This document shows positions 17,699 to 26,543 of a stretch of 30,940 nucleotides of DNA, piece by piece (position 1 is the stretch's first letter; every line of letters starts with the position of its first letter). The DNA is from a virus (taxonomy: Duplodnaviria > Heunggongvirae > Uroviricota > Caudoviricetes), in IMG/VR virus record IMGVR_UViG_2684622670_000017. One strand, 5' to 3'. Position numbers and translations under genes: made by a program. Under the pieces are notes generated by a model. That model was not told the DNA's origin. It did not search any database and saw only the letters and a program-made list of their open reading frames with translations.

Positions 17699-18111
17699 TG
17701 ATTGTGCTGGTCGTGTTGTTATCGCTGGCGGTGTCCGGTCTGTTTCTGGTGAAACACAAAAATGCCAGCCTGCGCGCCTCGCTGGACAGGGCGAATAACG
17801 TCGCCAGTGAACGGCAAGCGACCATCACCATGCTGAAAAATCAGCTTCATGTTGCGCTCACCAGGGCAGACAAAAACGAGCTGGCGCAGGTGGCACTGCG
17901 TCAGGAACTGGAGAACGCCGCGAAGCGTGAAGCACAGCGCGAGAAAACCATCACGAGGTTACTGAATGAAAACGAAGATTTTCGCCGCTGGTATGGCGCT
18001 GACCTGCCTGATGCTGTGCGCCGGTTGCACCAGCGCCCCGCCTGCGCAGACGCCAGTGATTGTCGCCAACGCCTGCCCGAAAGTGAGCCTTTGCCCGATG
18101 CCGGGCAGTGA
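17686..18111 (+). CDS. lysB: LysB, Rz-like inner-membrane spanin
   Basis: 141 aa with an N-terminal transmembrane segment followed by a coiled-coil-like charged region; P2 lysB position. Confidence 0.8.
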   Translation: MSKMMIVLVVLLSLAVSGLFLVKHKNASLRASLDRANNVASERQATITMLKNQLHVALTRADKNELAQVALRQELENAAKREAQREKTITRLLNENEDFRRWYGADLPDAVRRLHQRPACADASDCRQRLPESEPLPDAGQ

Positions 18112-18256
18112 CCCGCAGACGAACGGCGATTTAAGTGCCGATATCCGGCAGCTTGAGAACGCGCTGGCACGCTGTGCCAGCCAGGTAAAAATGATTAAAC
18201 ACTGTCAGGACGAAAACGATGCTCAAACCCGAAAGCCTGCGCAGGGCGCTGACTGA
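17966..18256 (+). CDS. lysC: LysC, Rz1-like outer-membrane lipoprotein spanin, embedded out of frame in lysB
   Basis: 96 aa in a different frame, overlapping the lysB 3' end. Signal peptide plus lipobox (LMLCAGCTS); proline-rich mature part. Confidence 0.75.
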   Translation: MKTKIFAAGMALTCLMLCAGCTSAPPAQTPVIVANACPKVSLCPMPGSDPQTNGDLSADIRQLENALARCASQVKMIKHCQDENDAQTRKPAQGAD

Positions 18257-18686
18257 TGCCGTCACGGTGCTGAAAACTAACCCCGATATGCTGCGGATAT
18301 TCGTGGATAACGGGAGTATTGCCTCCACACTGGCTGCGTCGTTGTCATTCGAAAAGCGTTACACACTCAATATGATTGTGACCGACTTTACCGGTGATTT
18401 TGACCTGCTCATCGTGCCGGTGCTGGCGTGGCTGCGGGAAAATCAGCCCGACATCATGACCACCGACGAAGGCCAGAAAAAGGGCTTCACGTTTTATGCA
18501 GACATCAACAATGACAGCAGCTTTGATATCAGTATCAGCCTGATGCTGACCGAGCGCACGCTGGTCAGTGAGGTTGACGGTGCGCTGCATGTGAAGAATA
18601 TCCCGGAACCCCCGCCGCCGGAGCCGGTCACCCGCCCGATGGAGCTTTATATCAATGGTGAACTGGTGAGTAAGTGGGATGAATGA
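18219..18686 (+). CDS. R: Tail completion protein R
   Basis: 155 aa, same size and order as P2 R. Confidence 0.85.
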   Translation: MLKPESLRRALTDAVTVLKTNPDMLRIFVDNGSIASTLAASLSFEKRYTLNMIVTDFTGDFDLLIVPVLAWLRENQPDIMTTDEGQKKGFTFYADINNDSSFDISISLMLTERTLVSEVDGALHVKNIPEPPPPEPVTRPMELYINGELVSKWDE

Positions 18687-19131
18687 GTTTAAGCGTTTTG
18701 AAGACCGGCTGACCGGACTGATTGAGTCGCTGTCACCGTCAGGGCGTCGGCGACTGGGCGCCGAACTGGCGAAACGTCTGCGTCAGAGTCAGCAGCGCCG
18801 GGTGATGGCACAGAAAGCCCCGGACGGCACACCCTATGCGCCACGCCAGCAGCAGAGCGCCAGAAAAAAGACCGGTCGCGTTAAGCGAAAAATGTTTGCG
18901 AAACTTATCACCAGTCGTTTTTTGCATATCCGCGCCAGCCAGGAACAGGCATCAATGGAATTTTACGGCGGGAAGTCACCGAAAATCGCCAGCGTGCATC
19001 AGTTTGGTCTGTCGGAAGAAAACCGAAAAGACGGTAAGAAAATTGATTATCCGGCGCGTCCCCTGCTCGGCTTTACCGGTGAGGATGTGCAGATGATTGA
19101 AGAGATTATTCTGGCGCACCTCGACCGTTAG
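18679..19131 (+). CDS. S: Tail completion protein S
   Basis: 150 aa, same size and order as P2 S. Confidence 0.85.
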   Translation: MNEFKRFEDRLTGLIESLSPSGRRRLGAELAKRLRQSQQRRVMAQKAPDGTPYAPRQQQSARKKTGRVKRKMFAKLITSRFLHIRASQEQASMEFYGGKSPKIASVHQFGLSEENRKDGKKIDYPARPLLGFTGEDVQMIEEIILAHLDR

Positions 19132-19197
19132 TTGTGCCATTCCCGACACCTCATCGTCACATTGCCGCCGGTATGACCCGGCGGCATCCTTCCCGTT

Positions 19198-19833
19198 ATG
19201 AACACTCTCGCAAATATTCAGGAACTCGCGCGCGCACTGCGCAACATGATCCGCACCGGCATTATCGTCGAAACCGACCTTAACGCCGGTCGCTGCCGTG
19301 TGCAGACCGGCGGCATGTGCACCGACTGGCTTCAGTGGCTGACCCATCGCGCAGGACGTTCGCGCACATGGTGGGCACCTTCCGTGGGGGAACAGGTGCT
19401 GATTCTGGCCGTGGGTGGTGAACTCGACACGGCGTTCGTTCTGCCGGGGATTTATTCCGGCGATAACCCCTCGCCGTCTGTGTCGGCGGATGCCCTGCAT
19501 ATCCGTTTCCCTGACGGGGCGGTGATTGAGTATGAACCCGAAACCAGCGCGCTCACGGTAAGCGGAATTAAAACGGCCAGCGTGACGGCTTCTGATTCTG
19601 TTACTGCCACGGTGCCGGTGGTCATGGTGAAGGCGTCAACCCGCATCACCCTGGACACACCGGAGGTGGTCTGTACCAACAGGCTGATTACCGGCGCGCT
19701 GGAAGTACAGAAGGGCGGGACGATGCGCGGCAACATTGAACACACCGGCGGTGAACTCTCATCAAACGGTAAGGTACTGCATACCCATAAACACCCCGGC
19801 GACAGCGGCGGCACAACCGGGAGTCCTCTATGA
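19198..19833 (+). CDS. V: Baseplate spike / assembly protein V
   Basis: 211 aa, same size and order as P2 V. Confidence 0.88.
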   Translation: MNTLANIQELARALRNMIRTGIIVETDLNAGRCRVQTGGMCTDWLQWLTHRAGRSRTWWAPSVGEQVLILAVGGELDTAFVLPGIYSGDNPSPSVSADALHIRFPDGAVIEYEPETSALTVSGIKTASVTASDSVTATVPVVMVKASTRITLDTPEVVCTNRLITGALEVQKGGTMRGNIEHTGGELSSNGKVLHTHKHPGDSGGTTGSPL

Positions 19834-20177
19834 CAGCACGTTATCTCGGAATGAATCGCAGTGATGGCCTGACTGTCACTGACCTTGAGCATATCAGCCA
19901 GAGTATCGGCGATATCCTGCGCACGCCGGTCGGCTCACGGGTGATGCGTCGTGATTACGGCTCGTTGCTGGCGTCAATGATTGACCAGCCGCAGACCCCG
20001 GCGCTTGAGTTGCAGATTAAGGTCGCCTGTTACATGGCGGTGCTGAAATGGGAACCCCGCGTCACCCTGTCATCCGTCACCACTGAGCGCAGTTTTGACG
20101 GGCGAATGACGGTCACGTTAACCGGCCAGCACAACGACACCGGCCAGCCACTTTCGTTAACCATCCCTGTGAGTTGA
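19830..20177 (+). CDS. W: Baseplate protein W (gp25-like)
   Basis: 115 aa, same size and order as P2 W. Confidence 0.88.
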   Translation: MTARYLGMNRSDGLTVTDLEHISQSIGDILRTPVGSRVMRRDYGSLLASMIDQPQTPALELQIKVACYMAVLKWEPRVTLSSVTTERSFDGRMTVTLTGQHNDTGQPLSLTIPVS

Positions 20178-20181
20178 AACC

Positions 20182-21090
20182 ATGCCGATTATCGACCTGA
20201 ACCAGCTACCCGCACCGGATGTGGTCGAGGAGCTGGACTTTGAAACCATTCTCGCTGAACGCAAGGCGACACTGATTTCCCTTTACCCGGAAGACCAGCA
20301 GGAGGCGGTCGCCCGTACCCTGACGCTGGAATCTGAGCCTCTCGTCAAACTGCTGGAGGAAAATGCTTATCGTGAGCTTATCTGGCGTCAGCGTGTGAAT
20401 GAGGCTGCACGGGCGGTGATGCTGGCCTGTGCGGCCGGTAATGACCTTGATGTGATTGGTGCCAATTACAACACCACGCGCCTGACTATCACCCCGGCAG
20501 ATGATTCGACTATCCCGCCGACACCGGCAGTGATGGAATCTGACACCGATTATCGTCTGCGTATTCAGCAGGCTTTTGAGGGCTTAAGCGTCGCCGGGTC
20601 AGTGGGAGCCTATCAGTATCATGGTCGTAGTGCCGACGGGCGTGTCGCGGATATCTCTGTCACCAGTCCGTCTCCGGCCTGCGTCACCATCTCCGTGCTG
20701 TCTCGCGAAAATAACGGTGTCGCATCCGAAGACCTGCTGGCGGTGGTACGCAACGCCCTGAATGGTGAGGACGTCAGGCCGGTGGCCGACCGCGTGACCG
20801 TGCAGTCTGCCGCCATCGTTGAATACCAGATAAACGCCACGCTTTACCTTTACCCTGGTCCCGAAAGCGAACCCATCCGCGCTGCTGCCGTGAAAAAACT
20901 GGAAGCGTACATCACGGCACAGCACCGGCTGGGGCGCGACATCCGTCTGTCTGCCATTTATGCCGCTTTGCATGTGGAAGGCGTGCAGCGTGTCGAGCTG
21001 GCCGCACCACTGGCCGACATTGTGCTCAACAGTACGCAGGCGTCTTTCTGCACCGAATACCGCGTCGTGACCGGAGGCTCGGATGAGTGA
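20182..21090 (+). CDS. J: Baseplate protein J
   Basis: 302 aa, same size and order as P2 J. Confidence 0.88.
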   Translation: MPIIDLNQLPAPDVVEELDFETILAERKATLISLYPEDQQEAVARTLTLESEPLVKLLEENAYRELIWRQRVNEAARAVMLACAAGNDLDVIGANYNTTRLTITPADDSTIPPTPAVMESDTDYRLRIQQAFEGLSVAGSVGAYQYHGRSADGRVADISVTSPSPACVTISVLSRENNGVASEDLLAVVRNALNGEDVRPVADRVTVQSAAIVEYQINATLYLYPGPESEPIRAAAVKKLEAYITAQHRLGRDIRLSAIYAALHVEGVQRVELAAPLADIVLNSTQASFCTEYRVVTGGSDE

Positions 21091-21613
21091 TTCGCGACTG
21101 CTGCCGACTGGCTCATCACCGCTTGAAGTTGCCGCCGCAAAAGCCTGTGCGGAAATTGAAAAAACGCCGGTCAGTATTCGTGAGCTGTGGAACCCGGACA
21201 GCTGTCCGGCAAATCTGCTGCCGTGGCTGGCGTGGGCGTTTTCGGTCGACAGGTGGGATGAAAAGTGGCCGGAAGCGACAAAACGCGCCGTTATCCGCGA
21301 TGCCTATTTCATCCACTGTCATAAAGGCACTATAGGTGCAATCAGGCGTGTGGTGGAGCCGCTCGGCTATCTCATCAACGTGACGGAGTGGTGGGAAAAC
21401 AGTGACCCGCCCGGCACCTTCCGGCTTGATATTGGTGTACTGGAAAGCGGCATCACAGAGGAAATGTATCTGGAAATGGAGAGGCTGATTGCTGATGCCA
21501 AACCTGCAAGCCGTCACCTTATTGGTCTGAACATTACCCAGGACATTCCCGGCCACCTGTTCGCCGGTGGTGTGGCTTACGACGGCGATGTAATTACGGT
21601 TTACCCCGGATAA
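21083..21613 (+). CDS. I: Baseplate / tail protein I
   Basis: 176 aa, same size and order as P2 I. Confidence 0.86.
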   Translation: MSDSRLLPTGSSPLEVAAAKACAEIEKTPVSIRELWNPDSCPANLLPWLAWAFSVDRWDEKWPEATKRAVIRDAYFIHCHKGTIGAIRRVVEPLGYLINVTEWWENSDPPGTFRLDIGVLESGITEEMYLEMERLIADAKPASRHLIGLNITQDIPGHLFAGGVAYDGDVITVYPG

Positions 21614-21623
21614 GTGAGGAATA

Positions 21624-23630
21624 ATGAGCACAAAATTCAAAACCGTTATCACCACTGCCGGTGCAGCAAAGCTGGCAGCGGCAACCGCGCCGGGAGGGCG
21701 GAAGGTCAACATTACCACGATGGCCGTCGGGGATGGTGGTGGTAAATTGCCTGTCCCGGATGCCGGACAGACAAAACTTGTTAATGAGGTCTGGCGACAT
21801 GCCCTGAATAAAATCAGTCAGGACAATCGACACAGTAATTATATTATCGCAGAGCTGGTCATCCCGCCGGAGGTGGGCGGTTTCTGGATGCGTGAACTTG
21901 GTCTGTACGATGATACCGGTGCGTTAATTGCCGTGGCGAACATGGCCGAAAGTTATAAGCCTGCCCTTGCCGAAGGCTCAGGACGTTCGCAGACCTGCCG
22001 CATGGTCATTATCGTCAGCAGTGTGGCCTCAGTGGATCTGACCATCGACACCACAACGGTGATGGCGACGCAGGATTACGTTGATGACAAAATTGCAGAG
22101 CACGAACAGTCACGACGCCATCCGGACGCCTCACTGACTGCAAAAGGTTTTACTCAGTTAAGCAGCGCGACCAATAGTGAATCTGAAACGCTGGCCGCAA
22201 CGCCGAAGGCGGTTAAGGCAGCGTATGACCTTGCTAACGGAAAATATACCGCTCAGGACGCCAGCACGGGGCGAAAAGGTCTTGTTCAGCTAAGTAGTGC
22301 CATCAACAGCGAATCTGAGACGCTCGCAGCAACGCCAAAGGCGGTTAAGACAGCATATGACCTTGCTAATGGCAAATACACTGCACAGGACGCCACCACG
22401 GCACGAAAAGGGATTGTTCAGTTAAGCAGCGCCACTAACAGTGACTCTGAAACGCTTGCGGCAACGCCGAAAGCGGTGAAAGCTGCGAATGACAATGCGA
22501 ATGGGCGGGTGCCTTCTGTCCGCAAGGTGAATGGTAAGGCACTTTCAGAGGATATAACACTGACGCCGAAGGATATCGGTACGCTTAACTCAACAACTAT
22601 GTCATTCATCGGTGGTGCTGGTTGGTTCAAATTAGCAACGGTAACCATGCCACAGGAGAGTTCTGTTGTTTCAATTACGTTGATTGGTGGCGCTGGATAT
22701 AACGTCGGTTCACCTCAACAGGCAGGTATATCTGAACTTGTTTTGCGTGCAGGTAATGGTAATCCGAAGGGGATTACTGGTGCTTTATGGCAGCGCACAT
22801 CGACAGGGTTTACAAATTTTGCCTGGGTCAATACATCTGGTGATACTTACGATATTTACGTTGCAATCGGAAATTATGCGACTGGTGTAAATATTCAATG
22901 GGATTATACCAGTAATGCCAGCGTGACGATTCATACGTCACCAGCATATTCTGCTAATAAGCCGGAAGGGTTAACGGACGGTACAGTTTATTCACTCTAT
23001 ACGCCATCAGAGCAGTTTTATCCGCCTGGCGCACCAATCCCGTGGCCATCAGATACCGTTCCGTCTGGCTATGCCCTGATGCAGGGGCAGACTTTTGACA
23101 AATCTGCATACCCGAAACTTGCAGCGGCTTATCCGTCTGGCGTTATTCCTGATATGCGTGGCTGGACGATTAAGGGCAAACCCGCCAGTGGTCGCGCCGT
23201 ATTATCACAGGAACAGGACGGAATTAAATCACATACCCACAGTGCCAGTGCATCCAGTACGGATTTAGGGACGAAAACAACCAGTTCGTTTGATTACGGG
23301 ACAAAAACGGTCAGCACGTTTAACCACGGCACAAAAACGACAAACAATACGGGAGCGCATACACACACTGTCGGTGGTCGTTACGGTGGTGACTCCATCG
23401 GGGGTAAACAACGCGTACAGGTATCAGGAACCAACCAGGTGTCAAGCTCTGCGGGAGCACACGCCCATACAGTCGACATTGGTCAGCATAATCACACGGT
23501 TGGCATTGGTGCTCACAGCCATTCCATTGCGATTGGCGCGCATAGTCATACCGTCACTGTAAGTGCCACAGGTAATTCAGAGAACACCGTCAAAAACGTT
23601 GCGTATAACTATATTGTGAGGCTGGCATAA
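21624..23630 (+). CDS. H: Tail fiber protein H
   Basis: 668 aa (P2 H is about 669 aa). Internal tandem fibre repeats and a His-rich C-terminus with HxH motifs (AHTHTV, AHAHTV, QHNHTV, AHSHSI, AHSHTV) typical of tail-fibre receptor-binding tips. Confidence 0.9.
   Translation: MSTKFKTVITTAGAAKLAAATAPGGRKVNITTMAVGDGGGKLPVPDAGQTKLVNEVWRHALNKISQDNRHSNYIIAELVIPPEVGGFWMRELGLYDDTGALIAVANMAESYKPALAEGSGRSQTCRMVIIVSSVASVDLTIDTTTVMATQDYVDDKIAEHEQSRRHPDASLTAKGFTQLSSATNSESETLAATPKAVKAAYDLANGKYTAQDASTGRKGLVQLSSAINSESETLAATPKAVKTAYDLANGKYTAQDATTARKGIVQLSSATNSDSETLAATPKAVKAANDNANGRVPSVRKVNGKALSEDITLTPKDIGTLNSTTMSFIGGAGWFKLATVTMPQESSVVSITLIGGAGYNVGSPQQAGISELVLRAGNGNPKGITGALWQRTSTGFTNFAWVNTSGDTYDIYVAIGNYATGVNIQWDYTSNASVTIHTSPAYSANKPEGLTDGTVYSLYTPSEQFYPPGAPIPWPSDTVPSGYALMQGQTFDKSAYPKLAAAYPSGVIPDMRGWTIKGKPASGRAVLSQEQDGIKSHTHSASASSTDLGTKTTSSFDYGTKTVSTFNHGTKTTNNTGAHTHTVGGRYGGDSIGGKQRVQVSGTNQVSSSAGAHAHTVDIGQHNHTVGIGAHSHSIAIGAHSHTVTVSATGNSENTVKNVAYNYIVRLA
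22143..22505 (+). repeat. Three tandem in-frame repeats of about 132 bp (about 44 aa) within H (phage tail-fibre repeat)
   Basis: Repeated peptide [35 protein letters not shown] occurs three times with minor substitutions (aa about 174..294). Confidence 0.75.
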
Positions 23631-24208
23631 TGACTTTCAGAATGAGTGCAGAGGCACAAACTATTCGCGTATTCAATTTACTGGATGGAAGCAATGAATT
23701 TATTGGCGAAAGCGATGCATATATTCCACCGTATACAGGTCTTCCTGCAAACAGTACAGACATTGCACCTCCAGATATTCCGGCTGGCTATGCTGCCGTT
23801 TTCAATGCAGACGAAATGAAATGGGAACTGATGGAAGACCATCGCGGAAAGACTGTCTATGAAACAAAAACAGGAGCAGCCATTTATATTTCTGAACTTG
23901 GCTCATTACCATCTGATGTAACAACAATTTCCCCGACCGGCAACTATCAGAAATGGAACGGGAATGTGTGGGTGGACGATGAGAGCGCAGAGCGTGATGC
24001 GCTTGTCAGGGAGGCTGAGTCTCAGAAGAAAGAGCAGACCGCATATGCAGGCGAAATTATTGCCACTTTGCAGGATGCAGTCGATTTAGATATGGCTACC
24101 GAAGAAGAAAAATTAAGTCTGACAAAATGGAAAAAATACCGGGTATTACTTAACCGCGTTCAGCCGGAAGATGCTCCGAATATAGAATGGCCGGAACTAC
24201 CGCAATAA
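23630..24208 (+). CDS. G: Tail fiber assembly chaperone G
   Basis: 192 aa; start overlaps the H stop; position matches P2 G. Confidence 0.82.
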   Translation: MTFRMSAEAQTIRVFNLLDGSNEFIGESDAYIPPYTGLPANSTDIAPPDIPAGYAAVFNADEMKWELMEDHRGKTVYETKTGAAIYISELGSLPSDVTTISPTGNYQKWNGNVWVDDESAERDALVREAESQKKEQTAYAGEIIATLQDAVDLDMATEEEKLSLTKWKKYRVLLNRVQPEDAPNIEWPELPQ

Positions 24209-24213
24209 ACACA

Positions 24214-24240
24214 GGCGGGCTGAATGCCTGCCTTTTCTTT
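24214..24240 (+). terminator. Putative rho-independent terminator after G
   Basis: GGCGGGC-TGAAT-GCCTGCC stem-loop (7-bp stem with one G-U pair) followed by TTTTCTTT, 6 nt after the G stop codon. Confidence 0.5.
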
Positions 24241-24337
24241 ATCTGTTGTTTCATCCACTGACCAGTCAGGTCAAATAGCGTCTTATGCCCTGCACAACTG
24301 AAAATACCACTCACCCATTAACCACGGAGTTAAACGG

Positions 24338-25528
24338 ATGAGTGACTATCATCACGGCGTGCAGGTGCTGGAGATTAACGACGGCACCCGCGTCATTTCC
24401 ACCGTATCCACTGCCATTGTCGGCATGGTCTGCACGGCCAGCGATGCGGATGCGGAAACCTTCCCCCTCAATAAACCGGTGCTGATTACCAATGTGCAGA
24501 GCGCAATTGCGAAGGCCGGTAAAAAAGGCACGCTGGCGGCATCGTTACAGGCCATCGCCGACCAGTCAAAACCGGTCACCGTTGTCGTGCGTGTGGAAGA
24601 CGGCACCGGCGAAGACGAAGAAACGAAACTCGCGCAGACCGTTTCCAATATCATTGGCACCACCGACGAAAACGGTCAGTACACCGGACTGAAAGCCCTG
24701 CTGGCGGCGGAGTCGGTAACCGGTGTTAAACCGCGTATTCTCGGTGTGCCGGGACTGGACACCAAAGAGGTGGCTGTTGCACTGGCATCAGTCTGTCAGA
24801 AGCTGCGCGCTTTCGGGTATATCAGCGCATGGGGCTGTAAAACCATTTCCGAGGTGAAAGCTTACCGCCAGAATTTCAGCCAGCGTGAGCTGATGGTCAT
24901 CTGGCCGGATTTCCTCGCATGGGATACGGTCACCAGTACCACCGCCACCGCGTATGCCACCGCCCGTGCGCTGGGTCTGCGTGCCAAAATCGACCAGGAG
25001 CAGGGCTGGCATAAAACGCTGTCCAACGTCGGGGTGAACGGTGTTACCGGCATCAGCGCATCTGTATTCTGGGATTTGCAGGAGTCCGGCACCGATGCTG
25101 ACCTGCTTAACGAGTCAGGCGTCACTACGCTGATTCGCCGCGACGGTTTCCGATTCTGGGGTAACCGTACCTGCTCTGATGACCCGCTGTTCCTCTTTGA
25201 AAACTACACCCGCACCGCTCAGGTGCTGGCCGACACGATGGCTGAGGCGCACATGTGGGCGGTGGATAAGCCCATCACCGCAACGCTGATTCGCGACATC
25301 GTTGACGGCATCAATGCCAAATTCCGCGAGCTGAAAACAAACGGCTATATCGTGGATGGCTCATGCTGGTTCAGCGAAGAATCCAACGATGCGGAAACCC
25401 TCAAGGCCGGAAAACTGTATATCGACTACGACTATACACCGGCGCCTCCTCTCGAAAACCTGACCCTGCGCCAGCGTATTACCGATAAATACCTGGCGAA
25501 TCTGGTCACCTCGGTTAACAGCAATTAA
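24338..25528 (+). CDS. FI: Tail sheath protein FI
   Basis: 396 aa, same size and order as P2 FI. Confidence 0.92.
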   Translation: MSDYHHGVQVLEINDGTRVISTVSTAIVGMVCTASDADAETFPLNKPVLITNVQSAIAKAGKKGTLAASLQAIADQSKPVTVVVRVEDGTGEDEETKLAQTVSNIIGTTDENGQYTGLKALLAAESVTGVKPRILGVPGLDTKEVAVALASVCQKLRAFGYISAWGCKTISEVKAYRQNFSQRELMVIWPDFLAWDTVTSTTATAYATARALGLRAKIDQEQGWHKTLSNVGVNGVTGISASVFWDLQESGTDADLLNESGVTTLIRRDGFRFWGNRTCSDDPLFLFENYTRTAQVLADTMAEAHMWAVDKPITATLIRDIVDGINAKFRELKTNGYIVDGSCWFSEESNDAETLKAGKLYIDYDYTPAPPLENLTLRQRITDKYLANLVTSVNSN

Positions 25529-25540
25529 GGAGCCTGACCG

Positions 25541-26059
25541 ATGGCAATGCCGCGCAAACTCAAGTTAATGAACGTCTTTCTGAACGGCTACAGCTATCAG
25601 GGCGTTGCAAAGTCCGTCACGCTGCCAAAACTGACCCGTAAGCTAGAAAACTATCGCGGTGCGGGGATGAACGGCAGCGCACCGGTAGACCTCGGCCTTG
25701 ATGACGATGCGCTGTCAATGGAGTGGTCGCTCGGGGGCTTCCCGGATTCGGTTATCTGGGAGCTTTACGCCGCAACCGGTGTGGATGCCGTACCGATTCG
25801 TTTTGCTGGCTCTTACCAGCGCGACGATACCGGCGAAACGGTGGCCGTCGAGGTGGTCATGCGTGGACGTCAGAAAGAAATCGACACCGGCGAGGGGAAA
25901 CAGGGAGAAGACACTGAGTCGAAAATCTCCGTGGTCTGCACCTATTTCCGGCTGACGATGGACGGTAAGGAGCTGGTCGAAATCGACACCATCAACATGA
26001 TTGAGAAGGTGAACGGCGTCGACCGGCTGGAGCAACACCGCCGTAATATCGGCCTGTGA
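25541..26059 (+). CDS. FII: Tail tube protein FII
   Basis: 172 aa, same size and order as P2 FII. Confidence 0.92.
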   Translation: MAMPRKLKLMNVFLNGYSYQGVAKSVTLPKLTRKLENYRGAGMNGSAPVDLGLDDDALSMEWSLGGFPDSVIWELYAATGVDAVPIRFAGSYQRDDTGETVAVEVVMRGRQKEIDTGEGKQGEDTESKISVVCTYFRLTMDGKELVEIDTINMIEKVNGVDRLEQHRRNIGL

Positions 26060-26115
26060 TTTTCATCCGGTCAGCCAGGCTGACCGGTTAACCCTGATTC
26101 AGAAGTGAGAAAACC

Positions 26116-26391
26116 ATGAACAAAGAAAATGTGATTACCCTGGAAAATCCGGTCAAACGTGGTGAGCAGGTTATCAAACAGGTCACGCTGATGAAACCTA
26201 ATGCCGGGACGCTTCGCGGTGTCAGTCTGGCTTCGGTCGCACACTCCGAAGTCGATGCACTTATTAAGGTGCTGCCGCGCATGACGGCACCGATGCTGAC
26301 CGAGCAGGAAGTCGCCGCGCTGGAACTGCCTGACATTGTGGAACTGGCCGGTAAGGTGGTCGGTTTTTTGTCGCCGAACTCGGTGCAGTGA
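26116..26391 (+). CDS. E: Tail assembly chaperone E (tape-measure chaperone)
   Basis: 91 aa immediately upstream of the tape-measure gene; P2 E is 91 aa. Confidence 0.85.
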   Translation: MNKENVITLENPVKRGEQVIKQVTLMKPNAGTLRGVSLASVAHSEVDALIKVLPRMTAPMLTEQEVAALELPDIVELAGKVVGFLSPNSVQ

Positions 26392-26543
26392 CGTTCCCGA
26401 AAAATCTCTCGGTCGATGACCTGATGGCGGATGTGGCAGTGATATTTCACTGGCCGCCATCAGAACTGTATCCCATGAGCCTGACCGAACTCATCACATG
26501 GCGCGAAAAGGCGCTCCAACGAAGCGGAAACACGAATGAGTAA
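26116..26543 (+). CDS. E': E+E' fusion made by programmed -1 ribosomal frameshift at slippery TTTTTTG (26364..26370)
   Basis: The heptamer T6G lies 7 codons before the E stop; the -1 frame stays open to TAA at 26541..26543, overlapping the T start. Predicted product is about 142 aa, as for P2 E+E'. Confidence 0.65.

Noticed and set aside
13290-21833. Overlapping alternative-frame ORFs throughout the late operon (for example 13290..13595, 15068..15667, 15959..16369, 18976..19500, 21116..21718)
   Set aside because: Each is nested in or antisense to a late structural gene with canonical P2 size and position; no ribosome-binding sites or motifs.
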